A stretch of DNA of 64,000 bases. Origin: Candidatus Cloacimonadales bacterium (lineage in GTDB: Bacteria; Cloacimonadota; Cloacimonadia; Cloacimonadales; JAFGVF01). The DNA lies in assembly GCA_963667035.1 (NCBI GenBank), contig OY762964.1, forward strand, positions 1,568,001 to 1,632,000. Direction: 5' to 3'. Below, one piece after another: positions 39,430 to 48,803 of this stretch. A program made the position numbers and the translations under genes. The notes under the pieces are model-generated. The model did not search any database. It was not told the origin of the DNA and saw only the letters and a list, made by a program, of their open reading frames with translations. Within the stretch, counting starts at the first letter, position 1. The number at the start of each line of letters is the position of its first letter.

Positions 39430-40557
39430 TTATCTAGTCCGTAATGGCATCAACAGATATCTAGATTCCTGATTTTCAGGTTCCTCAGTGTTTGTTATAA
39501 TGAAAGGTTTTGTATTACCGGAAAATTCCAGTTTTACGCTTTCAGTGTCAATAACATCCAGAATTGATCTAAGAAATCTGGCATTACAAGATATCTTCAT
39601 AGGTTCGCCACTATAAGTGAAATCTTCAACTAATATTTCAGCTTCACCAATATCCGGTCTCATTGTGCTGAGCTTAAGGTTCTCTGATGTAATGTTCATT
39701 TTAACTTTATGATTATCGTCTGGAGCCAAGAAAGCAAGTCTCTTAAGAGAACGTTTGAAGTTCTCGTTGTTTATTTCTAAAGTTGAAGTAATTTCTGAAG
39801 GGAATACTTTACCATAATCAGGATATTCACCCTCTATGATATTTGAATAAACTGTGTAGTTAGAATATGCAAACATAACACGAGCAGCTTGGAAAACAAC
39901 CTGCAAATCAATATCATCCTCTTTAATAATCTTTTGCATGAAAGTTAAGCACTTTGTAGGAAGAATATGAGCTGTTTCTGTTTCTATCTCAGTATTAGAG
40001 CTTATCTGAATCTCTGAGATTCTCTTACCATCTGAAGATGCCATGATTTGCTTGTCTGTGATTATCTTCCAGAATACACCTGTAAATAGTATACGTGATT
40101 TCTCCTGAGAAACGGAGAATATGGTTTTATTAACCATTTTATTGAATACCATAGCATCAACTGAAAAAGCATTGTTCAATGAGCGATTAGGTACTAAAGG
40201 ATATTCACTCGGATCTGCAGAAAGGAACTGATAGTTGTTTCCTGCACAAAGAATGTTAACAGTTTCGTCATCCTTGGATATACTAAGTTGTGGATTATCT
40301 AAATCACCCAAATTGTTAATCATATCTACAAAAACTCTAGCCGGGATAGCTATTCTACCGCTCTCAAGTACTTTTGCTTCAAATTGACATATTACAGTCA
40401 TATATAGATTAGAAACGGTGAAAACAACATTATTAGTTTCTTCATCTGCTTCAATAAGAAAGTTTTCGAGGATAGGCATCGTATTCTTACCCGGTATAAG
40501 GCTTGCCAGGTGAGGAATATGCTGAGCAAGCTGATTAAGTTCTATTGAAAAACGCAT
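39430..40557 (-). CDS. dnaN: DNA polymerase III beta sliding clamp
   Basis: TMPILEN, SSDGKRI, GEYPDY, LLMPLR. Confidence 0.95.
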   Translation of the reverse strand: MRFSIELNQLAQHIPHLASLIPGKNTMPILENFLIEADEETNNVVFTVSNLYMTVICQFEAKVLESGRIAIPARVFVDMINNLGDLDNPQLSISKDDETVNILCAGNNYQFLSADPSEYPLVPNRSLNNAFSVDAMVFNKMVNKTIFSVSQEKSRILFTGVFWKIITDKQIMASSDGKRISEIQISSNTEIETETAHILPTKCLTFMQKIIKEDDIDLQVVFQAARVMFAYSNYTVYSNIIEGEYPDYGKVFPSEITSTLEINNENFKRSLKRLAFLAPDDNHKVKMNITSENLKLSTMRPDIGEAEILVEDFTYSGEPMKISCNARFLRSILDVIDTESVKLEFSGNTKPFIITNTEEPENQESRYLLMPLRTR

Positions 40558-40755
40558 ATTGAACCCCTATTCTTTTTTTCCCAATTTCATCCGTTTAGCG
40601 GAGACAGTCAACCTTTTTTTATATCTATGTCTATACCATTGATTTATTAATCTGTAATTGTTTTCTCTGTTTGCTAATAGCAGAACCTAAAAGATTATTA
40701 ATAAATCTTTAACGTATGAGTTAGCTTACTTACGGTTCACGATACTTCCGTATTT

Positions 40756-41031
40756 CTATAGATTTCTTTTATTGATTAAAGGTATACTGAAAATGTAACC
40801 TAGCATACTCACTTCTTTATGATTTATATAAAGTGATTTCAAGGTATAAATGAACCCTCTGTGTTCAATAAAACCGTTCACGAGAAACTCCTTTACACAA
40901 AATCTTAAGGTTATATCATCAAGCTTCGAATCTTAACCACAATTAAAACAATACTTATCGGTTATAGGTATCCCACAGTTCTTACATTCTTCATGTATGT
41001 TTGTATCCTTAGAATTCTTTTCCTAATCCAT
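40756..41031 (-). pseudogene. DUF3667-like zinc-ribbon protein remnant
   Basis: MD*EKNSKDTNIHEECKNCGIPITDKYCFNCG*DSKLDDITLRFCVKEF...RGFIYTLKSL; two in-frame stops and truncation. Confidence 0.65.
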
Positions 41032-41227
41032 TTACACTTAAACACATTTTAAGCAATGATTATCTTTAAGGGATACTTCTTAGGAGATTACAATAAAAAG
41101 ACTTGCTACACTAATTCTGAATCAAATATAAGTTGCTATAATGCTCCACTATCAATTACTCAGAACTTAGAATTACTATTTGTTATTGACACTCTAATAA
41201 TAGTATAAATTCTTGCAACACATAGGT

Positions 41228-41304
41228 GCCCCTGTAGCTCAGCTGGATAGAGCAGTTCCCTCCTAAGGAAAAGGTCGTGCGTTCGAATCGCGCCAGGGGT
41301 GCCA
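41228..41304 (+). tRNA. tRNA-Arg(CCT)
   Basis: GCCCCTG acceptor stem, loop CTCCTAA, GTTCGAATC T-loop, encoded CCA. Confidence 0.95.
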
Positions 41305-41414
41305 AAAGCAGTCATAACTCATTTTACATGTATAATCATCCGCAATTAGAAGAACTACTTCACAATCGAATGTATAAAATCAAGTATTCATTTATAGATT
41401 TTTTGTATAAAAAC

Positions 41415-41441
41415 AAAAGGGACAAGCATGCTTGTCCCCTT
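41415..41441 (-). terminator. Intrinsic terminator, possibly bidirectional
   Basis: Palindrome GGGACAAGCATGCTTGTCCC next to an A-run. Confidence 0.7.
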
Positions 41442-41463
41442 GATAAAATATGTACTTTCTACT

Positions 41464-42849
41464 TTATTTAAGCAGAAGCATCTTCTTTGTTGATTCATAA
41501 TTTTCAGACTTGAGTTTATAGAAATATAATCCTGTACCTACAGTTTCTCCATTATCGTTACACCCATTCCAAGTATAGGTATTGACTTGGTCTTTTGATA
41601 TACTTCTGTTACTTAACAGAGTTCTTACTTTCTCGCCTTTAACATCAAAAATCACTAGTTCTACCGTACAATCTTCAGGCATGGAAAAGCTAATTGTTGT
41701 ACTTGGATTGAAAGGATTAGGATAGTTTTGATATAAGCCAAAGCTGTTTGTTATTTCAGGAGTATCATCTTCCCCATCTTCATTTGCTTGAACTTTCACA
41801 TAGATAGGTCCATACATTACAGTAGCATTAGAAATATCTATATGTTCTAACCAATACTCATAAGTTATATCATCTGTCAGTTCCCAACTATCTATGTAAG
41901 AGTATTCAGTAGGTTCAGAAGAAGTTCCTGCTCCAATAATGATTTCACCGTTTAATTGTAACAATTCTTCATCTCCACTTGAACGGTAAATATTCCAGCC
42001 AATATTATTAATTTCTGACTGAGTCATCCAAGCAATAGAAACCATTTCACTATCTTGAATGTAAGTTGCAGTGAAAGACGAGAGAATTATCGGGAGAGGG
42101 GAATCAGACAAAATCCATGTTGGGTCTGCTGTGTCCGAACCTGAATTAGTTCCTAAAATTGCATCATTATTTCCTGTAGTATCATAGGCTACCTGTCCTG
42201 AAGTCTCATTAAACTTATAGTAAGCAACCAAACCCTGTTCAGAACCCGGAAGTTCATGATCCATGTTATCAGAGATCTCAGATTGGGTTCTTGCATCTCC
42301 CCATATCCTAAGCTCATCCAATTTACCAACAAGCATTCTACCTGTAGGGTCACCCGTAGAGCGTCCTATATTTACAGGTTGTGTAGAACTATATATATTA
42401 TAGTTGAAATTACTACTTGCTTTTTCTTCACTATTCACATAAAGCTTGGCTGTTGAACCATTATATACTACAGCAACATGTTGCCAAGCGTTTAAGGTCA
42501 ACGCATTATAGGCTGTTACAGATGCCCAGTTCTGTCCTCCGGCATAAGAGAATGTAAAATTAAGGTCTCCACCGGCACCACCATATCTAAAAACATAGCC
42601 TTCAGTGTTGGTGTTTTCCCAAAAGTCATTACTAGCAATGGTATTCCTCCAAAAAGCATCTTTGAAGTTTGTCGGATAAAGCCATGCTTCTATCGACATT
42701 GTATTGTCTGTAATATTCAGTGAAGCTCCGGAACCACAATTTACATAGTCATTATTTCCGTCAAAATCCAAACAATTATTTTGCGCAAACAGACTTAGCG
42801 AGAATGTCGCTAATATAACTATAAAAAAAACTAACAATGTCTTTTTCAT
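41464..42849 (-). CDS. Secreted LamG/concanavalin-like protein with FlgD-Ig/T9SS type-A-like C-terminal domain
   Basis: Signal peptide; WQHVAVVY, LDELRIW, LVAYYKFNE; NYPNPFNPSTTI...YFYKL...KKMLLLK. Confidence 0.88.
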   Translation of the reverse strand: MKKTLLVFFIVILATFSLSLFAQNNCLDFDGNNDYVNCGSGASLNITDNTMSIEAWLYPTNFKDAFWRNTIASNDFWENTNTEGYVFRYGGAGGDLNFTFSYAGGQNWASVTAYNALTLNAWQHVAVVYNGSTAKLYVNSEEKASSNFNYNIYSSTQPVNIGRSTGDPTGRMLVGKLDELRIWGDARTQSEISDNMDHELPGSEQGLVAYYKFNETSGQVAYDTTGNNDAILGTNSGSDTADPTWILSDSPLPIILSSFTATYIQDSEMVSIAWMTQSEINNIGWNIYRSSGDEELLQLNGEIIIGAGTSSEPTEYSYIDSWELTDDITYEYWLEHIDISNATVMYGPIYVKVQANEDGEDDTPEITNSFGLYQNYPNPFNPSTTISFSMPEDCTVELVIFDVKGEKVRTLLSNRSISKDQVNTYTWNGCNDNGETVGTGLYFYKLKSENYESTKKMLLLK

Positions 42850-42887
42850 TGTTTACTCCTTTTTGTTTATGTCCCCATTCAATTTTT

Positions 42888-42917
42888 GATATAACCAATA
42901 TATGCTTCTTGTGTCAA
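42888..42917 (-). promoter_or_regulatory. Putative sigma-70 promoter
   Basis: TTGACA, 17-18 nt spacer, TTATAT/TATATC upstream of RBS AAGGAG. Confidence 0.45.
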
Positions 42918-43016
42918 TAAAAAAATAAAGTAAGCATACCTGTTTCTTAACTCTTCTTACTATAGCAAATTCGCATAGGTTAATGAACACAATAAAAGTT
43001 CTTACTTATCAATTAT

Positions 43017-45344
43017 CTATTGATTTACATTATCTTTTGAGCTTTTCTCTTCCCTAATGCGTTTTAACTTCCTACTAAGAGAGTACGGAGTAATGCCTAA
43101 CAATTGTGCGGCATTCTTCTGAATATGATTTGATTGCTCCATAGCTCTGTTAATAATCCATTCTTCACACTCCGCCAAATTCAAGGAAGGAAGTATTGGA
43201 TGGTTATCTGAAATGGAGCTTGTCTGTTGAGGTATTGATATTGATTCTGTATCAAGCACAGATTCCCGACACAACAATAAACTTCTTTGTAATATATTCT
43301 TAAGTTCTCTGATGTTACCCGGATACTGATAATTAACCAACAGATCAATTGCTTCTTTCGTTATAACCGGAGTTGCTCTGCCTTGAGCAGAACACAATGT
43401 CTGAACATAATATTCTACTAAAAGCGGAATATCTTCCTGACGTTGTCTGAGAGGTGGTATATGTATTTCCATTACATTAATTCTATTCAACAAATCAAAC
43501 CGAAAAGTATTGGATATTGCCATACTTGAAAGGTCTTTGTTAGTTGCGGATATTAACCTGAAATCCACTTTTGTATCTTTGGTACTACCAATTCTATTTA
43601 TCACTTTCTCTTCAATAACTCTCAGAAACTTCGACTGCATTCTCAAGGGCATCTCCCCTATTTCATCCAGAAATAGAGTTCCCTTGTTTGCTGCTTCAAA
43701 ATAACCTATGGACTTTCTTGCTGAACCCGTGTAAGATCCCTTCTCACTTCCAAAGAATGCACTTTCTACAAGAGAAGTAGCAAAAGCCGCACTATTAACT
43801 GAAACGAACGGATTACATTTTCTAGTGCCGGCATAATGAATTACTCTAGCTATAGCTTCTTTCCCACTACCTGTCTCTCCAATTATCAATACAGGCAAAT
43901 TCTCATTCTCAGCAACCATTAATGCTTGTCTTACTACATTTTGCATTGTTGCATTGCAACCTATCAATGGCATCTTAACTAACTTCTGCAATTCTTGAGA
44001 AATGAGAGAAGAGCCCTGATAAAACTTGAATTCTTCCGGTGAATCTAATGGTTGCTCCTGAGTATGTTTAAAGGCCTCAATTTCCTTTTTGTATTCCTCA
44101 TTTTTAATACTCATACTTAAGTTTGCATACTTCTTATAATGCTCATAAGACTCTTCGATATTTCCTAGGGATTCATAAACAGAACTGAATAATTCATGAT
44201 TTATTGCTAATTCTTTTCTTAAATCCATTTTAGAAGCTAATTTTTCTGCAGCTTTTAACATATCAATTGCTTCTGAAAATCTCTCTAGTTCAATATCTGC
44301 AGTTGCAATCCCGTGTAATATAACTAATAGTTGCCTATCGTTCTTTGATTCTAAATTCATATCTTTAGCTTTTTTAAACCAAATCCAAGCAGACTCATAA
44401 TCTTTTTGTCTTATTTTAAGACTACCTAAATTCACCATTATTGCCGGAATATCATTATAAAAATTAAGTCCTTCAGCACAATCAAGTGCTCCATATAATA
44501 ATGCTTCAGCTTTATCTAGTTTATTAAGAATCTTATAATTATTTGCAGAATTAATTGAGAATGTAATGTAAGTATCCGGAGCAGTAATTCTCGTGTTTTC
44601 ATTGATAAAAGGTTCAAGGTTATCTAAGGCTTCCTGATACATTCCGACAGTACCATATGCAATTCCGAGATTATTACTAACAGTGAGATAGTTATCACTA
44701 TCATGATCAGGAATACGCTTCTTTGCTTCTAAGAAATAGTGAATAGCAAGTTTCATCTTTCCTCGCATTGCCGATATCCTCCCTAGTCCAGTATATGCAA
44801 GAGAAAGAACTTCTTCATTCTGAATGTATAGTCCATATTGTAAACCTAACTGATAATACCTAAGAGCTTCATCCAGATTACCACTATATTCATAAATGTA
44901 TCCAATGTTTGAATAGCGTCCGGTTAATATAGTCGAATTACCACATTTTTCTAGTAATTCAACACTTCTTTTACCCTGTTCCAAAGCTTTGTTCATGTCA
45001 TTCGTCATCCAGAAAATAAAGCTCAAATCTGCAGAAATTTCAGCACATATCTCTTCATCAATCAGATACTCTTTATACTTCTCATAATCCTGATAAGCTT
45101 CATCAAAGTAACGACCTTGGGTATTGTATCTTATAGCCTTAAAAACCAATTGAAAGCTTTTAGTAAGAATTGTAGATATTATTTCTGGTAATATTGGATC
45201 AAAATATATGTACTCATCAACAATTCCTATGATTAGTTTAAAAACATCATAGAATGTACCGTCTTTTTTCTCAACAGATAATTGTAACTCTTTGAAATGT
45301 GATTCTAACTTCTCAATCCTACTCTTATTTCGACTACTAATCAT
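43017..45344 (-). CDS. TPR-repeat, sigma-54-type AAA+ (NtrC/Fis family) transcriptional regulator
   Basis: N-terminal TPR-like helices; GETGSGKE, GTLFLDEIG, SATN, PGNIREL, Fis HTH; GAFTGA loop reads GSYTGS; start ATG 45344 after AAGGAG. Confidence 0.9.
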   Translation of the reverse strand: MISSRNKSRIEKLESHFKELQLSVEKKDGTFYDVFKLIIGIVDEYIYFDPILPEIISTILTKSFQLVFKAIRYNTQGRYFDEAYQDYEKYKEYLIDEEICAEISADLSFIFWMTNDMNKALEQGKRSVELLEKCGNSTILTGRYSNIGYIYEYSGNLDEALRYYQLGLQYGLYIQNEEVLSLAYTGLGRISAMRGKMKLAIHYFLEAKKRIPDHDSDNYLTVSNNLGIAYGTVGMYQEALDNLEPFINENTRITAPDTYITFSINSANNYKILNKLDKAEALLYGALDCAEGLNFYNDIPAIMVNLGSLKIRQKDYESAWIWFKKAKDMNLESKNDRQLLVILHGIATADIELERFSEAIDMLKAAEKLASKMDLRKELAINHELFSSVYESLGNIEESYEHYKKYANLSMSIKNEEYKKEIEAFKHTQEQPLDSPEEFKFYQGSSLISQELQKLVKMPLIGCNATMQNVVRQALMVAENENLPVLIIGETGSGKEAIARVIHYAGTRKCNPFVSVNSAAFATSLVESAFFGSEKGSYTGSARKSIGYFEAANKGTLFLDEIGEMPLRMQSKFLRVIEEKVINRIGSTKDTKVDFRLISATNKDLSSMAISNTFRFDLLNRINVMEIHIPPLRQRQEDIPLLVEYYVQTLCSAQGRATPVITKEAIDLLVNYQYPGNIRELKNILQRSLLLCRESVLDTESISIPQQTSSISDNHPILPSLNLAECEEWIINRAMEQSNHIQKNAAQLLGITPYSLSRKLKRIREEKSSKDNVNQ

Positions 45345-45352
45345 ACACGCTC

Positions 45353-45398
45353 CTTGCAAATATGCAATCTATTGCATCAGTAATTGCATAAATGCATT
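45353..45398. promoter_or_regulatory. Cluster of TGCA half-sites, possible binding site of the adjacent Fis-HTH activator
   Basis: cttgcaaatatgcaatctattgcatcagtaattgcataaatgcatt in the divergent intergenic region. Confidence 0.45.
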
Positions 45399-45546
45399 AT
45401 CATTGTCCAGTTTTTTATCATAATTCTCATCACAGCATATTCTAAAAACATGTTATCTATTTGTTATTAAAACAGTTACAGCATATATGCTTATTCGATT
45501 ACTAAATGGAACCATAATTGCGATTAAACAGATTATGGAGTTCAAT

Positions 45547-45768
45547 ATGATAGAACAAGAAGAATACGAAGTTAGCGATTTCCATGAGAAGTGGCTGAAT
45601 GAAACCAATTGTATACTTGGTTTCACAGTTACATACTCCAATGGAGTTATAAAGAACATCCTTCGCTCTTGTACATTGGAAACTTATAAGCAAGTTCTCA
45701 AAGAGATAACAAAGAGTTGGGAAACATATTTAAACAATTCAAAAAGGGTAATTAAGAAAGGAGAATAG
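45547..45768 (+). CDS. Small hypothetical protein coupled to the LamG gene
   Basis: GGAG RBS before ATG 45547; stop 1 nt before the next ATG. Confidence 0.5.
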   Translation: MIEQEEYEVSDFHEKWLNETNCILGFTVTYSNGVIKNILRSCTLETYKQVLKEITKSWETYLNNSKRVIKKGE

Positions 45769-45769
45769 T

Positions 45770-48439
45770 ATGAAAAAAAGTCTATTGTTTATTTTTATTG
45801 TAGTTATCAGTGTTACACTAAGCGGTTTTAACAACGCTGTAATATTAGATGGAACTGATGATTACATAGAAATTAATGATGTTTCTAGCCTACTTGCCCC
45901 GGCAAGCAGCTACTCAATCGAATGCTGGTTTAGTGGTGATGACATTACAACTGAAACAGGTAATCAGATTTTGTGGGGTGTTAACGGTCCTGTTTCCAAT
46001 CCTAATACAAACATTATGATGGTTGCCGTACATGGGAATGTACTGAAAGTATATGATGGAAACAATGTGGGAGCATTTACGGGAACTACTATTATTGAAC
46101 AGGAAGTATGGTATCATGTAGCCTTATCCAAACAAACAGATAATACTTTCACTCTTTATCTTAACGGAATTGAGGAGCTAACAGGTACTATTGTCACTGA
46201 AATACAATCAACGAGTACTTTCTCAATTGGTCAGGAATGGGATCAAACTCCAAGTGATTTCTTTGACGGAAAGATAGACGAGTTTCGAGTATGGAACTAC
46301 AATAGAACTAATGTAGAAATTCTAAGAAACATGCATCAAGAGTTAATTGGTAACGAAAGCGGTCTTTTAGCATACTATGATTTTAATGAAGCATCCGGTA
46401 CAATTGTCTATGATGTTACTTCAAACAATAACAATGGTACGCTTACTAATACTGACGGTAATGAATGGCAAACGTCTTCTGCTATTTACGGTCCTAAGTA
46501 TTGCTTGGAAATGGATGGTATTGATGATTATGTTGACTGTGGCATAATTACCAATCCTAGCTTTTTAACATCACTTACATTAGAGTGTTGGGTAAACATT
46601 GATGTTGTAAATCATTACAATAGGATTATTACTCAAGACTATGTCGATACTTCAGAAACTGGTTTAGGTTGGTTAGCAACCAATTTAGATGGTACTGTTT
46701 ACACTTATCTTGGTGGGGCTTTGCAATCTACTTCTCAAGCTTTAAATGCAGATGAATGGAATCACATAGCTCTGGTATGGGATGGTACTACAATAGTCTT
46801 CTATATTAATGGTCATCTGGATGCGAATAGCTACTCTGTCGAATCCTTACAGAGCTGCAATAGCAATATTTATCTCGGTTGGGGTGGAAGATACAATAAC
46901 ACTCATTTCGATGGAGAAATGGACGAAGTACGTATATGGAGTTCAGCACGAACATCTAATCAAATCAGAGAGGATATGTGTCAGACTTTAACAGGAAATG
47001 AGAGTGGGCTTGTCGCATATTACGATTTTGATAACACTTCAGGACAATTCTTACAAGATTTCTCTGGCAACGGGTTTAGCGGAACACTACACAGCAGTAT
47101 AACAGATGATGGTTGGGTACCCTCAAATGCTTTCAATACTTGGCTTGATACAAGCAATTCCAATTGGTCCAATGAATCAAATTGGTCTAATGGTGCTCCT
47201 GACCCAACAGACAATATTGCTATCTACAATCTTGATACTGTGCCTAGCATCTCCGGAGCTCCAACATTTAATGACCTTTACCTTGGGAATGGAGTAAATG
47301 TTAACTTAAATTCAGATATGACCATCAATGGAAACTTGATACTAAATAGTAATTTAGACTTAAACGGTCAAACCATTGTTTTAGGAGAACAAGCAACATT
47401 AATAGAGAATAATGGACATTTATATGGTGAGTTAGGTCAAATCCAAACTACTCGTTCTCTTTCCAATATTAATGATAATGTTGCAGGACTAGGTGCTGTC
47501 ATTACTGAAGATGGTAATTTAGGAACCACAACCATTATCAGAGGACACAAAGCTCAAGGACATCAAGGAATAGACAGATACTATCAAATCAATCCACAAA
47601 ACAATCCTACTGCCGCTACATTAGTGTTTAACTATCTCGATTCCGAGTTAAACGGTCAAAATGAGTCAATAATCAAGTTATTCAAATCAACCGATGGAGT
47701 TGAGTGGATAGAGCAGGATAGTGAATTAAATGCAGCGAACAACACAATTACCCTTACAGATATCGATAGCTTCTCATACTGGTCAGCAGGACAAGCAGGA
47801 GCCGGTGAAGCTCTTCCTATTACGCTCTCATCATTTACCGTTAGTCTTTACAACCATCTTCCTACCCTTAGCTGGACTACTGAGTCAGAAAGTAACAATC
47901 TTGGTTGGAATGTATACAGAGCTAACTCAAATGATTTAGCTCAAACAATAAGAATCAATGAAGAATTCATTCATGGTTCAGGAAATACATCAGAGCAAAC
48001 ACAGTATACTTACTATGATAATGAGCCGATTGTTACAGGTGAAGAGTATTACTATTGGATAGAGTCGGTTGGTTTCGGTAATGAAATCAAATACCACGGT
48101 CCTATTAGTATATTGGTAGGTTCAGAGCAACCTGATGAAGATAATCCTGAAGTAAGTAAAGAATTCGGTCTATTCCCTAACTACCCTAATCCTTTTAATC
48201 CAAGTACAACAATCAGTTTTGCTTCCGAGAAGAGTGGAAATTGTGAGTTAACTGTATATGACCTAAGAGGAAGAAGAGTTAAGACTTTATTCTCAGGTCA
48301 TGTAAACGCTGAAGTAACTAATTCAATCGTTTGGAATGGCGATGATGATAACAATAAGAAAGTAGCATCAGGTATCTATTTCTATAGACTTACAGGAAAT
48401 GGTAAAACCGTTAACCGTAAGATGACATTGATGAAATAG
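45770..48439 (+). CDS. Secreted 2xLamG protein with FlgD-Ig/T9SS type-A-like C-terminus
   Basis: Signal peptide, two LamG repeats (IDEFRVW, MDEVRIW), NYPNPFNPST. Confidence 0.88.
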   Translation: MKKSLLFIFIVVISVTLSGFNNAVILDGTDDYIEINDVSSLLAPASSYSIECWFSGDDITTETGNQILWGVNGPVSNPNTNIMMVAVHGNVLKVYDGNNVGAFTGTTIIEQEVWYHVALSKQTDNTFTLYLNGIEELTGTIVTEIQSTSTFSIGQEWDQTPSDFFDGKIDEFRVWNYNRTNVEILRNMHQELIGNESGLLAYYDFNEASGTIVYDVTSNNNNGTLTNTDGNEWQTSSAIYGPKYCLEMDGIDDYVDCGIITNPSFLTSLTLECWVNIDVVNHYNRIITQDYVDTSETGLGWLATNLDGTVYTYLGGALQSTSQALNADEWNHIALVWDGTTIVFYINGHLDANSYSVESLQSCNSNIYLGWGGRYNNTHFDGEMDEVRIWSSARTSNQIREDMCQTLTGNESGLVAYYDFDNTSGQFLQDFSGNGFSGTLHSSITDDGWVPSNAFNTWLDTSNSNWSNESNWSNGAPDPTDNIAIYNLDTVPSISGAPTFNDLYLGNGVNVNLNSDMTINGNLILNSNLDLNGQTIVLGEQATLIENNGHLYGELGQIQTTRSLSNINDNVAGLGAVITEDGNLGTTTIIRGHKAQGHQGIDRYYQINPQNNPTAATLVFNYLDSELNGQNESIIKLFKSTDGVEWIEQDSELNAANNTITLTDIDSFSYWSAGQAGAGEALPITLSSFTVSLYNHLPTLSWTTESESNNLGWNVYRANSNDLAQTIRINEEFIHGSGNTSEQTQYTYYDNEPIVTGEEYYYWIESVGFGNEIKYHGPISILVGSEQPDEDNPEVSKEFGLFPNYPNPFNPSTTISFASEKSGNCELTVYDLRGRRVKTLFSGHVNAEVTNSIVWNGDDDNNKKVASGIYFYRLTGNGKTVNRKMTLMK
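47363..48425 (+). repeat. About 1.06-kb near-identical repeat, copy 1 (3' part of the first LamG gene)
   Basis: Matches 50358-51420 with about 6 substitutions counted by eye. Confidence 0.92.
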
Positions 48440-48466
48440 TTCAATTCATCTTTAACTCACTCCCAT

Positions 48467-48496
48467 ATCAAAGCCCGTCTTATGCCGGGCTTTGAT
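48467..48496 (+). terminator. Hairpin terminator
   Basis: ATCAAAGCCCG-tcttatgc-CGGGCTTTGAT. Confidence 0.7.
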
Positions 48497-48626
48497 GAAT
48501 ATTTAGAATGATTTAACACTAATGTTTTATGAGCTACTATTCATATAAATGCATAGAAATTAATTAGCTAATACACCCTTACGTATTTTAAGTTAGAAAT
48601 ACAGTGTTTAGTAGAGCTATTAATCC

Positions 48627-48655
48627 TTGACATTTGAATATTTGTAATATAAATT
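48627..48655 (+). promoter_or_regulatory. Putative sigma-70 promoter
   Basis: TTGACA-17 nt-TAAATT. Confidence 0.55.
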
Positions 48656-48803
48656 GTGGCATCGTTATTTGAATAGACTAAAAGAGCGTATGTTAGTCGA
48701 ATTCATTAAAAGTCAGGATCCCGTATTTTTCATTAAAAATCTTTACAACCACTATAATAGATATGTATTTTGCTTAAATATAAAAAACTCAAGGAGATTT
48801 GTT

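Noticed and set aside
40756..41031. Stop-codon reassignment (TAA/TAG read as Gln)
   Set aside because: Other genes in the window terminate normally at TAA and TAG; simple nonsense mutations explain it
40560..41220. oriC next to dnaN
   Set aside because: No DnaA-box cluster or dnaA; much of the interval is a pseudogene
48656..48673. Sigma-54 promoter TGGCATCGTTATTTGAA
   Set aside because: The -12 element is misplaced and lacks GC; a good sigma-70 promoter lies immediately upstream
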